This document shows positions 53,369 to 61,825 of a stretch of 64,000 nt of DNA, one piece after another. The position numbers were made by a program, and so were the translations under genes. Position 1 is the stretch's first letter. Every line of letters begins with the position of its first letter. The notes beneath the pieces are model-generated. The model was not told the origin of the DNA and ran no database searches. It was given only the letters and a program-made list of their open reading frames with translations. The stretch is from positions 167 through 64,166 of the forward strand of contig DAOQSN010000030.1 of assembly GCA_035356615.1 (NCBI GenBank), read 5' to 3'. Source of the DNA: Phycisphaerae bacterium (GTDB lineage: Bacteria; Planctomycetota; Phycisphaerae; UBA1845).

Positions 53369-54390
53369 GCCGGTCCCGCCTGCTGACCGCGCGGCGCGAC
53401 GGCGCGCCAGCGGGTAAGCGTCTGCCGGGCGGCACCGGAGTGGACTGCCCGGCCCGCCTGCTGCACTCCATCTTCGAGAGTTTCGGCGCGCCCGGCAACC
53501 ACCAGGGCCGCCCCGGCATTGAGCAGGGCGTGGTCCCGCGCGGGCCCGGTGGCGTCTTCGAGCACGTGCAGGATGGTGGCGGCACTGGCGGCCGGCGAGT
53601 CCACGCGCAGCGTCGCCAGCGGTGCCCGCGACAGGCCCACCGCTTCCGGCGTGACCGTGAAGCGTCGCGTTTGACCATCACGCAGCTCGACCACCGTGGT
53701 TTCGCCGGTGCACGTCAGGTCACACAGGCCGTCGTGGCCGTGCACCACCCAGGCGTGCACGGCGCCGAGTTCGGCCAGCACGGCCGCCATCAACTCAAGG
53801 TAGCGCGGATGGGGCACGCCGATGATCTGTCGGCGTACCCCGGCCGGGTTGGTCAGCGGGCCCAGCAGGTTGAAGATCGTCCGCACCAGCAACGCCCGGC
53901 GCACCGGGGCAGCGTGCTTCATGGCCGGGTGCAGGCGCTGGGCGTTGAGGTAGCCGATCCGAGCGTCCGCGAGGCAGCGCTCGACGGTTTCCGGGCCCGC
54001 GTCGACATCGATGCCGAGCTGTTCGACGACGTCCGTGCTGCCACTGGCCCGCGTGGTGGAGCGATTGCCGTGCTTGGCGACGGTGGCGCCGGCGGCCGCG
54101 GCGATGATGGCCGCGGTGGTCGAGACGTTGAACGTGCTGATGCCGTCGCCGCCGGTGCCGCAAGTGTCAATGCACTCGGCGTTACAGCGGATGGGCACGG
54201 CCGCCGACCGCATTGCCTCGGCCGCCCCGGCGATTTCCGCGACGCACTCACCCTTCGTCCGCAGGGCGGCCAGTAAGGCGCCGATGACGGGCTCGGGAAC
54301 CTTGCCGGTCATCATCTGCTCGAATGCCTGGCGGGCTTCGGCCCGGGTCAGGTCTCTGCCGGCGGTGATGGCTTCGAGAATCTCACGCAT
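53365..54390 (-). CDS. trpD: Anthranilate phosphoribosyltransferase
   Basis: DTCGTGGDG, FNVST, AKHGNRS, SGSTDV, RTIFNLLGPLTNP, HGHDGLCD. Confidence 0.95.
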   Translation of the reverse strand: MREILEAITAGRDLTRAEARQAFEQMMTGKVPEPVIGALLAALRTKGECVAEIAGAAEAMRSAAVPIRCNAECIDTCGTGGDGISTFNVSTTAAIIAAAAGATVAKHGNRSTTRASGSTDVVEQLGIDVDAGPETVERCLADARIGYLNAQRLHPAMKHAAPVRRALLVRTIFNLLGPLTNPAGVRRQIIGVPHPRYLELMAAVLAELGAVHAWVVHGHDGLCDLTCTGETTVVELRDGQTRRFTVTPEAVGLSRAPLATLRVDSPAASAATILHVLEDATGPARDHALLNAGAALVVAGRAETLEDGVQQAGRAVHSGAARQTLTRWRAVAPRGQQAGPA

Positions 54391-54690
54391 GACGACGCCT
54401 GGTTCGCTGAGTGCAGTTGTTGTCGGGGCGCATGCACGCTCGTCATCAGTTCCCCAGGTCCAAAGGACCTGGGCCACCCCATCGTCCCCGGGTCCGAAGG
54501 AGTAGGGCCGCGGCGCGGGGCCGCGTGCTCCCTGGCGCAGATCGGATAGTATCGTAGGCAGCCGGAGAAGTCTCCGGCCGCCTTCGTGCGTCGGCTGGGG
54601 TGAGCGCGGAGGGCGTGGTGTTTCTGCCCAGTGGCTGTGGCGCGGGGTTTCCGCCCCGCGAACGCGGTGCGACGGGGCCGACGGTGTCGC

Positions 54691-56247
54691 ATGCTGGATC
54701 GGCTGGATGAGACCATTGTGGCGGTTTCGTCCGCGCCGGGGCGCGGGGCGCTGGGGATCGTCCGCGTAAGTGGGTCGCAGGCGCTGAGCATCGCGGACCG
54801 AGTCGCCAAAGTGGGGACGCCGCTGGCGTCGCAACGGGGGTGGACCCGCGTGGCGGGCGAAGTGAGGGTATCGGACGAGGTGAGCACCCCTGACGCCACC
54901 CCGCTCCCTTTCAGGGAGGAGTTGGGAGAGGGTCAAGCCAACGCGGCACTCCCCCTCACCCTGCCCTTTCCCCCAAGGGGGAGAGGGGTTTCGTCAGACG
55001 CCCCAAGGGGCAGAGAGGTTCCGTCAGGCGCCCTAAGCGTGCCGGCGTGGTTCTACGTGTTTCGCCGACCACACAGTTACACACGTGACGACCTGGTGGA
55101 GGTGCACACGCTCGGCTCGCCGGTGGTGCTGGAGATGGTCCGGCAACGCCTGCTGACGGCCGGGGCGGTGGCGGCCGAGCCCGGCGAGTTCACCGCGCGG
55201 GCGTTCCTCGCGGGCGGGATGGACCTGACGCAGGCGGAGGCGGTCGCCGGCATCATTCGCGCGCAAACGGATACCCAGTTACGGGCGGCCCGGCGCCTGA
55301 TGGACGGTGCGCTAGCGGCGCCGATCGTGGCCGCCAGTGAGCAGCTTACCGAGTTGACCGCGCTGGTGGAGGCCCAGATCGACTTCTCCGAGGAGCCGAT
55401 CGAGTTCATCACGCCGATCCAACTGCGGACGCGGCTGACGGAACTGGCGGGGCAATTGCGTCGGTTGCGCACGGAGGGGCTGTCCGCCGAACGGTTGCAG
55501 GAACTGCCGCACGTGCTGCTGCTGGGATCACCGAACGTCGGCAAGAGCACGCTGCTCAACGCGCTAAGCGGCACGCCACGGGCGATCTGTGCGGCCGCCG
55601 CGGGCACGACGCGCGACATTCTGTCGGTGCCGGTGCGTCTGGGGGCGGGGGAGGCGATGTTGCTGGACGCGGCCGGCCTGGACCAGACGGTCGATGAGGT
55701 GCTCGCGCAGGCCCGCGTGCTGACGCTGGCGGCCGCGGCGCGCGTGGACCTGATCTGCCTGGTAGCCGACGCCGGCGCGCCGGGGGGTGCCCTGGGCGAC
55801 GTGGTGGAGCACGTGCGTGCCCTGGAGTCTCCGCGCGTGGTCATCGCCGCGAACAAGTGTGATCTGCTCGGTCCGGCCGAGCAGGCACGGCGGGTGCGGG
55901 AGTTGGCCGAGCTTCGCCTGGGGGCGGTGTGTCCCGTGAGCGCGTTGACGCAGGCGGGCCTGGTGGCGCTACGCGAGGAGCTTGCGGGGGTCTTGTACGG
56001 TCCGCGCGGGGCCGGGCTAACCGTGGAACGGGAGGCGCTGGTGCTGAGCGGACGGCATCGGGAGGCGCTGGACGAGGCGGTGGACGCTCTCGTTCGGGCC
56101 ATCGAGCTGAGCCGGGCGACCGACGCCGCGGAGCTGGTGGCGTTCGAGCTGCGTACCGCGCTGAACGCCCTGGGTCAGATCACCGGCGCCGTGGCCACGG
56201 AAGACCTGCTGAGCCTGGTGTTCTCGCGCTTCTGCATCGGAAAGTGA
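54691..56247 (+). CDS. mnmE: tRNA modification GTPase MnmE with a ~50-aa repeat-derived insertion
   Basis: TIVAVSSAPGRGALGIVRVSG, PHSYTRDDLVEVH, GEFTARAF..G.MDLTQAEAV, GSPNVGKS, GTTRD, NKCD, C-terminal FSRFCIGK. Confidence 0.95.
   Translation: MLDRLDETIVAVSSAPGRGALGIVRVSGSQALSIADRVAKVGTPLASQRGWTRVAGEVRVSDEVSTPDATPLPFREELGEGQANAALPLTLPFPPRGRGVSSDAPRGREVPSGALSVPAWFYVFRRPHSYTRDDLVEVHTLGSPVVLEMVRQRLLTAGAVAAEPGEFTARAFLAGGMDLTQAEAVAGIIRAQTDTQLRAARRLMDGALAAPIVAASEQLTELTALVEAQIDFSEEPIEFITPIQLRTRLTELAGQLRRLRTEGLSAERLQELPHVLLLGSPNVGKSTLLNALSGTPRAICAAAAGTTRDILSVPVRLGAGEAMLLDAAGLDQTVDEVLAQARVLTLAAAARVDLICLVADAGAPGGALGDVVEHVRALESPRVVIAANKCDLLGPAEQARRVRELAELRLGAVCPVSALTQAGLVALREELAGVLYGPRGAGLTVEREALVLSGRHREALDEAVDALVRAIELSRATDAAELVAFELRTALNALGQITGAVATEDLLSLVFSRFCIGK
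54887..55033. repeat. Composite palindromic insert (doublet of the CCCTCACCC element + short tandem tail), in frame inside mnmE
   Basis: Reverse copy 54901-54932, 18-nt spacer, forward copy 54951-54988. Bounded by cctgacg / cgtcagg inverted repeats. Confidence 0.88.
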
Positions 56248-56294
56248 TCAATTCGGCCGGCGGCGCTGTCGTGGTTTGCAACACCGCGAGTGCG

Positions 56295-56368
56295 GAATGC
56301 AGAATGAAAAAGGCAGAATTCAGAAAGGAACTTCGGAGGTCCGTCTCCCCTTTCTGCATTCTGCATTC
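56295..56368. repeat. GAATGCAGAATGA heptad-type inverted-repeat element, copy 2
   Basis: gaatgcagaatgaaaaaggcagaattcagaaagg ... cctttctgcattctgcattc; between convergent genes. Confidence 0.85.
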
Positions 56369-56401
56369 ATGGCCTGCGGGGCGGCGCGTGCGGTGCCACC
56401 G

Positions 56402-58060
56402 TCATGGCCGCTGCCACTCTTCGCAGGCGGCGCAGAGGGGGTTGGGGGCGAATTGACCCCGGCGGTGCGCGTCGCGCACCTGCTGGAAAGCCGGGCTGTG
56501 CCATAGCTCCGCCAGCGTTTGCTCCCGCAGCGAGCCGATCGTGTACAACCCGCGCAGGTCCTGATCACAGAGAGTGACACGGCCGTCAGCCAGGACTAGG
56601 CAGCGTCTGCGCAAGCGGCGGCAGGTCGTGCGGGCGGCCGGGGCCATGTTGATAACACGATGATCCGGCGTCTGGCGGGCGTGGTGGCTTGCACCCGTGA
56701 TCTGCACGGCCCCCCAGCGACGCAGGCACTCATCGTGGAAGGTGTCGATTTCCTCGACGTTCTGCCGCGCCTTGGTCAGCCCCGGTACGAGCAGCGGCAG
56801 GGGACTGCGGCGTTGCAGGCGGCAGTCCTCGCAGCACTTGAGACGCTCCAGCAGGGCGGGCAGGTCCGCAGTTGCGGGCGCACTCGGTGCCTGCAAGGCG
56901 GCGTACAGCAGCGGCGACCACGCCTCAAGCATGATGTTGAGCACGTCCACGCCGGTCTCGATCAGCGTCGCCATGATGGATTCGGTTAAGTCCACGCCGG
57001 TCGTCGTGACGGCAAGGCCGTAGATGCCCGCCTGCCGCGGCGTCGAGCGCGGCAGCCGTCGGATGACCTCCTCAAACCGCGGATGACGCAGCGGATCGCC
57101 GAAGCCTCCGAGAACGACCAGCGAATCGTCATAACCGCTCAATTCCGCCGTCACCTTCTCCACCAGCGCCGGGTCGATCGTGGCGTCGCGCTGCAGTTGT
57201 TGCCCGCGCGGGCGGAGCACCGCGTCCGGGTAGGGATCGAGCGTGGTCAGCTCGACCTCCACCTCGCGTGGCAGCGGCTCAACCGTCGTCGCTTCATGGC
57301 GGCTCAGCCAGGTGCCGATCGTTTCCACGTCCGGCGTGGGATGGTCGGCCAGGAGGGAGGCCAGGCACTCCGTCGAGCGGCGCGTGTCAGCGATAAGTCG
57401 CGCCGCCACGTAGCGCACGGCCGCGGGCGGCTCGCAGCAGCACGGCTGGAAGATCAGGTCCTTGGCCGGCTTGTCCGGCTTGTAGCTGAAGACGCTGCCC
57501 AGTGGGAGACGCTCGCGGGCAAGCTCCTCGACCACCGCCCGATCGAGGAGCACGCCGGCCAGACCGGGCGGACCCGGCATGAACATCATGCGGACGTCTT
57601 CGCCGGCGGCCCGGCGGGCGTCGATGAGCCGGTCAGTCAGTTCGGGGTCAACGAGCACGGCCGCCGGCGGCACCGGCAGCACGGCGTCCGCCGGCACGCT
57701 TTGCAGCAGTCCCGCCATCAGCGGGGCCGGCGTGTATTCATCGAACGCGGTCGTACCGCCGATGCCGCCGCGCCAGCCGTCCAGCGACCACTTGCGCGCT
57801 GACCGTACCAGCGCCGAGCCGGGGCCCGCGTCCGGATCGAACGCATGAAGCTGTGCCGGCGTGCCCGTCAGCAGCGTTCGGCAGCGTTCGATCTGGTTCG
57901 CGGGGCAGAGCACGTGAACGCCGCTCAACTGCCGGGCGCGGGTGAGTTGCTCCACGGTGCGGCGCAGGACCGGCCGGCCGCGCAGGTCGTCCGCCAGCCG
58001 GCTGCGGGTGCCCAGCGGCGTTGCCTCCAGGTCGGCGATGAGAGCCGCGATCACCTGCAT
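56402..58060 (-). CDS. Fusion of a cytidylyltransferase/SpsF-like domain, a radical-SAM-like barrel lacking CxxxCxxC, and a SPASM domain
   Basis: N-terminus VIAALIA...LRGRPVLRRTVEQL (SpsF/NeuA-like). EVEVELTT...GGFGDPLRHP...TTTG. C-terminal CRRL..CLVLADGRVTLCDQD..IGSL..LAELW..CAAC. Confidence 0.75.
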   Translation of the reverse strand: MQVIAALIADLEATPLGTRSRLADDLRGRPVLRRTVEQLTRARQLSGVHVLCPANQIERCRTLLTGTPAQLHAFDPDAGPGSALVRSARKWSLDGWRGGIGGTTAFDEYTPAPLMAGLLQSVPADAVLPVPPAAVLVDPELTDRLIDARRAAGEDVRMMFMPGPPGLAGVLLDRAVVEELARERLPLGSVFSYKPDKPAKDLIFQPCCCEPPAAVRYVAARLIADTRRSTECLASLLADHPTPDVETIGTWLSRHEATTVEPLPREVEVELTTLDPYPDAVLRPRGQQLQRDATIDPALVEKVTAELSGYDDSLVVLGGFGDPLRHPRFEEVIRRLPRSTPRQAGIYGLAVTTTGVDLTESIMATLIETGVDVLNIMLEAWSPLLYAALQAPSAPATADLPALLERLKCCEDCRLQRRSPLPLLVPGLTKARQNVEEIDTFHDECLRRWGAVQITGASHHARQTPDHRVINMAPAARTTCRRLRRRCLVLADGRVTLCDQDLRGLYTIGSLREQTLAELWHSPAFQQVRDAHRRGQFAPNPLCAACEEWQRP

Positions 58061-59994
58061 GCGGAAACCTCCGCCGCTTCGAGGCGTGCCAGGGCGTTAT
58101 TGAGGATCTCTCGCACCTGGGCGGCCCCGTCGCGCACGCCGCTGACGAACTGAAGGTCGCGTGCGATCTGCCGTTTGGCGCGGGCGGGCTCATCAACTTC
58201 GTCGGCGGCCAGGCGCCGGTCCGCCGAGAAGCGCCGCAACTCGATCATCTGGGTGGCGGAGTTGATGATGTGGTAGGCCCGCGTCGATTGCTGCACCTTG
58301 CTCCGTAGTTCGTCCACGCGGACGAGGCGGCGGTTGAAACGCGCCGGGTCGGTGATGAGCCCCTCCAGCTCGTGCAGCAAGTCCATGAATTCGGTGCACA
58401 ACTTGCTCATCTCGTCCAGCTCGCTCAAACGCTCCCGCAGTTGCCCGGCCGCCGGCACCCGGCGGCTGTCGTCATGCCAGCGCGTCTGCGCGCGATAGGC
58501 GAAACGGGCGGGATCGAGCGGCTCCCGGGCGCAGCGGTCCAGCGCCTCCCGCAGCGTCATCGGCTGCGTGCCGCGAATGGCCGCCCCGCCTTCGGTGGCG
58601 TTGATGACCGTCTGCGGCATCCCCGCGATGTCCTTCTCGAACTGCTCGAGGTAGGTCAGCAGCAGTTCGTCGGTGTAGACGGTGCCGCCTGCCGCGGCGG
58701 GCACCGTCCGCAGGATGGGCCGGTTGCGCGCGATGCGCTCCCATTCCTTCATCTCGATGGTCTGGAAGCGGTTCAGCTCGCCGCGCCACGCCCGGTGGAT
58801 TTCCACGCCGGGGACGTAGAAGACGTGCCCGGTGAAGGCCAGGTCCTGCCCCACCATAATGATCGGGTTGCAGCCCATGTACTGGGCGACATACAGGGCC
58901 AGGTGCGCCACGGTTGCCCCCGCCCGCAGCCCGCCGCGGTTCCCGAGTTCCTCACCCAACAGCAGCGTGGCCCAGCCGCTGTGCAGCAGCGAGATGGGGC
59001 CGGGGTAGTGATCGAGCACGTGCCAGGTCGCCTTCGGCTCGGCCACCAGGTGCACGGCCTCCAGCCCTTCGACACCCTCTAAGAACTTGCGCGACATCTC
59101 GTGGAAATCGAGGCTGGTGACGAAGTCGGGGACGATGCCGCGCTGCATGAGGGGCTTGAGGGCGGTCTGCACGGCGATGAGCACGGCCCGGCCCTTCGCT
59201 TCCGCCAGCAGGTCAAGATTGCGCGCCAGCGACGGCCCGGCCGAGATGAGGATGCCCGGCACCCCCGCGAACCGGTCCTTAAGCACGTCGATCGGCGGCG
59301 TGCTCACGTAGGTCCGCAGGTTCATGGCGATGTTCCGGCAGGTGATCTGGGCATTGCTCACCAGCGTCAACAGCGACATGCGGGCGTAAGTGACGTATTC
59401 CGCGATCAAGCGCTGGAACGCCTGCTGGGCTTCCCCGGCCACCTGCATCGACGGCGGATGCGCCACGAACCGGGCACCGAGCATAATCAGCGTGTTGTAG
59501 GCGTGCAGACGCTCGTGCAGGCGGGCCTTGTCATGGTCCACCAGGATCACGAGACGCTTCGAGGCGATCACTTCGGCCAGGTCCACGCAGGCGAAGGCCG
59601 TTGCCAGCAGCCGCACGCTGGGTTCCGTGCACAGGATGAACGCATCACCCCGCAGCCGCCGGAACAGCGCCCGCACGTGGTAGCCCAGCCCGAAGCCGCT
59701 GACCACGAAGCAGAACTTCTCCTCGAGCGGGACCTTCGCTACCAGCCGCTGGGCCTCGAGCTCCGGATCATGCCGGCTGTGCAGGTACACGCTTTGCCCG
59801 GCGGGCGTCGGAAGCTGCACGGTCCAGGCGCCGCTGCGCGTCGGCTCGACGGGCAGGCGCTCGTCGTCCGCGACGGCATCGACCCGCAATGCAAGCTCCG
59901 GATCAACCGCCCAGAGCGCGCGCAGGTTATGCACGAACATCGCGTTGCCGACGGCCGGCGCGGCCGAGGTTGTCACTTCAGCAGACTCCGGCAT
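58051..59994 (-). CDS. Motility-associated-factor (Maf)/DUF115 (MptE-like) family protein, putative glycosyltransferase
   Basis: YLHSRHDP, ISAGPSL, PDFVTSLD, GATVAHLALYVAQYMGCNPIIMVGQDLAF, INATEGGAAI. 10-nt overlap with the downstream gene. Confidence 0.85.
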   Translation of the reverse strand: MPESAEVTTSAAPAVGNAMFVHNLRALWAVDPELALRVDAVADDERLPVEPTRSGAWTVQLPTPAGQSVYLHSRHDPELEAQRLVAKVPLEEKFCFVVSGFGLGYHVRALFRRLRGDAFILCTEPSVRLLATAFACVDLAEVIASKRLVILVDHDKARLHERLHAYNTLIMLGARFVAHPPSMQVAGEAQQAFQRLIAEYVTYARMSLLTLVSNAQITCRNIAMNLRTYVSTPPIDVLKDRFAGVPGILISAGPSLARNLDLLAEAKGRAVLIAVQTALKPLMQRGIVPDFVTSLDFHEMSRKFLEGVEGLEAVHLVAEPKATWHVLDHYPGPISLLHSGWATLLLGEELGNRGGLRAGATVAHLALYVAQYMGCNPIIMVGQDLAFTGHVFYVPGVEIHRAWRGELNRFQTIEMKEWERIARNRPILRTVPAAAGGTVYTDELLLTYLEQFEKDIAGMPQTVINATEGGAAIRGTQPMTLREALDRCAREPLDPARFAYRAQTRWHDDSRRVPAAGQLRERLSELDEMSKLCTEFMDLLHELEGLITDPARFNRRLVRVDELRSKVQQSTRAYHIINSATQMIELRRFSADRRLAADEVDEPARAKRQIARDLQFVSGVRDGAAQVREILNNALARLEAAEVSACR

Positions 59995-59997
59995 CCG

Positions 59998-60032
59998 CCC
60001 TCACCCCTACCCCTCTCCCAGGAGGAGAGGGG
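59998..60032 (+). repeat. CCCTCACCC palindromic element filling the aat-maf intergenic gap
   Basis: ccctcacccctacccctctcccaggaggagagggg; ends 3 nt upstream of the maf ATG on the minus strand. Confidence 0.9.
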
Positions 60033-60037
60033 TTCTG

Positions 60038-60667
60038 TCAGGCGCTCTCGGGTTTCGTCTCCACAACCTGCGTCGGGCCGGCCTCGTCGGTGAACGACCG
60101 TTCCAGTCGCACCGCGTGACGTAGGCGGCGCAGGTAATCCCGCCGGGGAATCTCGCGCGCACCAAAGCGGGCCAGGTGCTCCGTCACGAACTGCACGTCC
60201 AGGAGCACGAACCCCCGCTCGCGCAGACGTTGCACCAGCGCCAGCAGGGCCACCTTCGAGGCGTCGGGCACCCGGTGAAACATCGACTCGCCGAAGAACG
60301 CCCCGCCCAGAGCGACGCCGTACAAACCGCCGACCAGCCGTTCGCCCTGCCACGCCTCCACGCTATGGGCAAAGCCCAACGCATGCAACGCGCGATAGGC
60401 CGTCATGATCGCCGGCGAAATCCACGTCCCCTCCGCCCGGTCCGCGCAGGCCGCCATCACCTCCGCATACGCCCGGTTCACTTTGATCTCGAACGTGCCC
60501 TTGCGAATCGTGGAGCGCAGCGTCCGCGGTGTCCTCACGGCATCGAACTCGATGATCGCCCGCGGGTCGGGGCTGAACCAATGCACCTGCCCGTCTTCAT
60601 CCCCCATCGGAAACAGCCCGCAGGCGTAGGCGCTGAGCAGGAAATGCGGGGTAAGCTCCGGGCTCAT
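60038..60667 (-). CDS. aat: Leucyl/phenylalanyl-tRNA--protein transferase
   Basis: AYACGLFPM, WFSPDPRA, TWISPAI, AHSVEAW, LVGGLYGV..GGAFFGESMFH, DASKVAL, LLDVQ. Confidence 0.95.
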   Translation of the reverse strand: MSPELTPHFLLSAYACGLFPMGDEDGQVHWFSPDPRAIIEFDAVRTPRTLRSTIRKGTFEIKVNRAYAEVMAACADRAEGTWISPAIMTAYRALHALGFAHSVEAWQGERLVGGLYGVALGGAFFGESMFHRVPDASKVALLALVQRLRERGFVLLDVQFVTEHLARFGAREIPRRDYLRRLRHAVRLERSFTDEAGPTQVVETKPESA

Positions 60668-60905
60668 GGGGTCACCGTTACAGGCGTATCCTCCACGCCG
60701 CGGGCCGCCGGAGACCGCGTCCGACGGCCCTGACGCCGCCGGACCATCATAGGCACATGCCGGCCATTACCAAGACGCGCGCCCGCCAGCCACCGAAGCC
60801 CGCCTTGACGACTCGCCGGACGGGGCGATGATGGGGCAGCGGCTGCGCAGCCCGGCCCACGCATTCGGCGGGTCGGACTGCCCCCGGCCGTGCGGATAAC
60901 AAGCG

Positions 60906-61739
60906 ATGCGCCCGTTTCCGCTGGCTCCCCTTCTGGTGTCCGCTCTGCTGCTGACTCTGCTGGTGGGGTATGTCTTCTACGCCACCGACCAGCGGCACCC
61001 GGCCGACCCGGGGCTGCCGGACGATTCGCCGACCGGCGCCCTGCGGGTGCTTACCTGGGACGCCGAAGCGCGCATCCCAGACGAGCCGGGAGTCACGAGT
61101 CGTGCCGTCGTGGAGGCGGTAACCGGCTGGGTAACGGCTCGGCAACCGCATCTGGTGGTGTTGCAATCGCTGGAGAGCCGGGCCGAGGCGGAGCAGATCG
61201 CAGCCGCCCTGGGAGCCGGTTGGACGCTGGAGGCCGTCCCGCGTTACCCGGGCGAAGCCAACTGGTTGGCGATTCTCGCGGCACCGCCGCTGGTCGTCCG
61301 GGCCCGGCACCTGGTGGACGCCCAAAGCGCGGGGTTTGCCCTGGCGCTCGAGGTGACGACTCCCGGCCGGCACACCGTGCTGGCCGTCTGCGCCGGCGCG
61401 GATACGGACGCCGACCGCAGCCGCTACTATCGCGAGCGAATCCTGCTCTGGTGCACTCAACACCGCCGCAACGTCGTCATTCTGGCGGGTGGGTTGGAGG
61501 GAACGGCGGCCGTGTCGGGCGAGGCACCGACGCCCGGTCCACAAGTGTCGCCGGGTCTGCCGAGCCGCTTGGGCAGTGAGTATCTGGACCTGACTGCTGG
61601 TCTCGCCCCGCCGGGGGGCATGCAGTTGACTTCGCGGTTATGCGTCGCCCCGATCGGCGTGCCCGTGCGCGGCGTTGGAGTCGCGGGTACCACGGCCAAT
61701 GCGTCGGTGCCGGTACTGGCGGACCTGGGAATACCGTGA
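60906..61739 (+). CDS. Exported/membrane-anchored endonuclease-exonuclease-phosphatase (EEP)-like protein with degenerate catalytic motifs
   Basis: N-terminal TM; LRVLTWD, PHLVVLQS, VILAGG and C-terminal xxxPV positions match the EEP fold pattern. Confidence 0.6.
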   Translation: MRPFPLAPLLVSALLLTLLVGYVFYATDQRHPADPGLPDDSPTGALRVLTWDAEARIPDEPGVTSRAVVEAVTGWVTARQPHLVVLQSLESRAEAEQIAAALGAGWTLEAVPRYPGEANWLAILAAPPLVVRARHLVDAQSAGFALALEVTTPGRHTVLAVCAGADTDADRSRYYRERILLWCTQHRRNVVILAGGLEGTAAVSGEAPTPGPQVSPGLPSRLGSEYLDLTAGLAPPGGMQLTSRLCVAPIGVPVRGVGVAGTTANASVPVLADLGIP

Positions 61740-61825
61740 TCTTCCGGTGGCGCCCGGCGGAGCGGCTGAGCGAAGTTAACGTGCTTCGCCGAGCGCGTGC
61801 CGACCCACGGAGACAGGGTAGGGCC

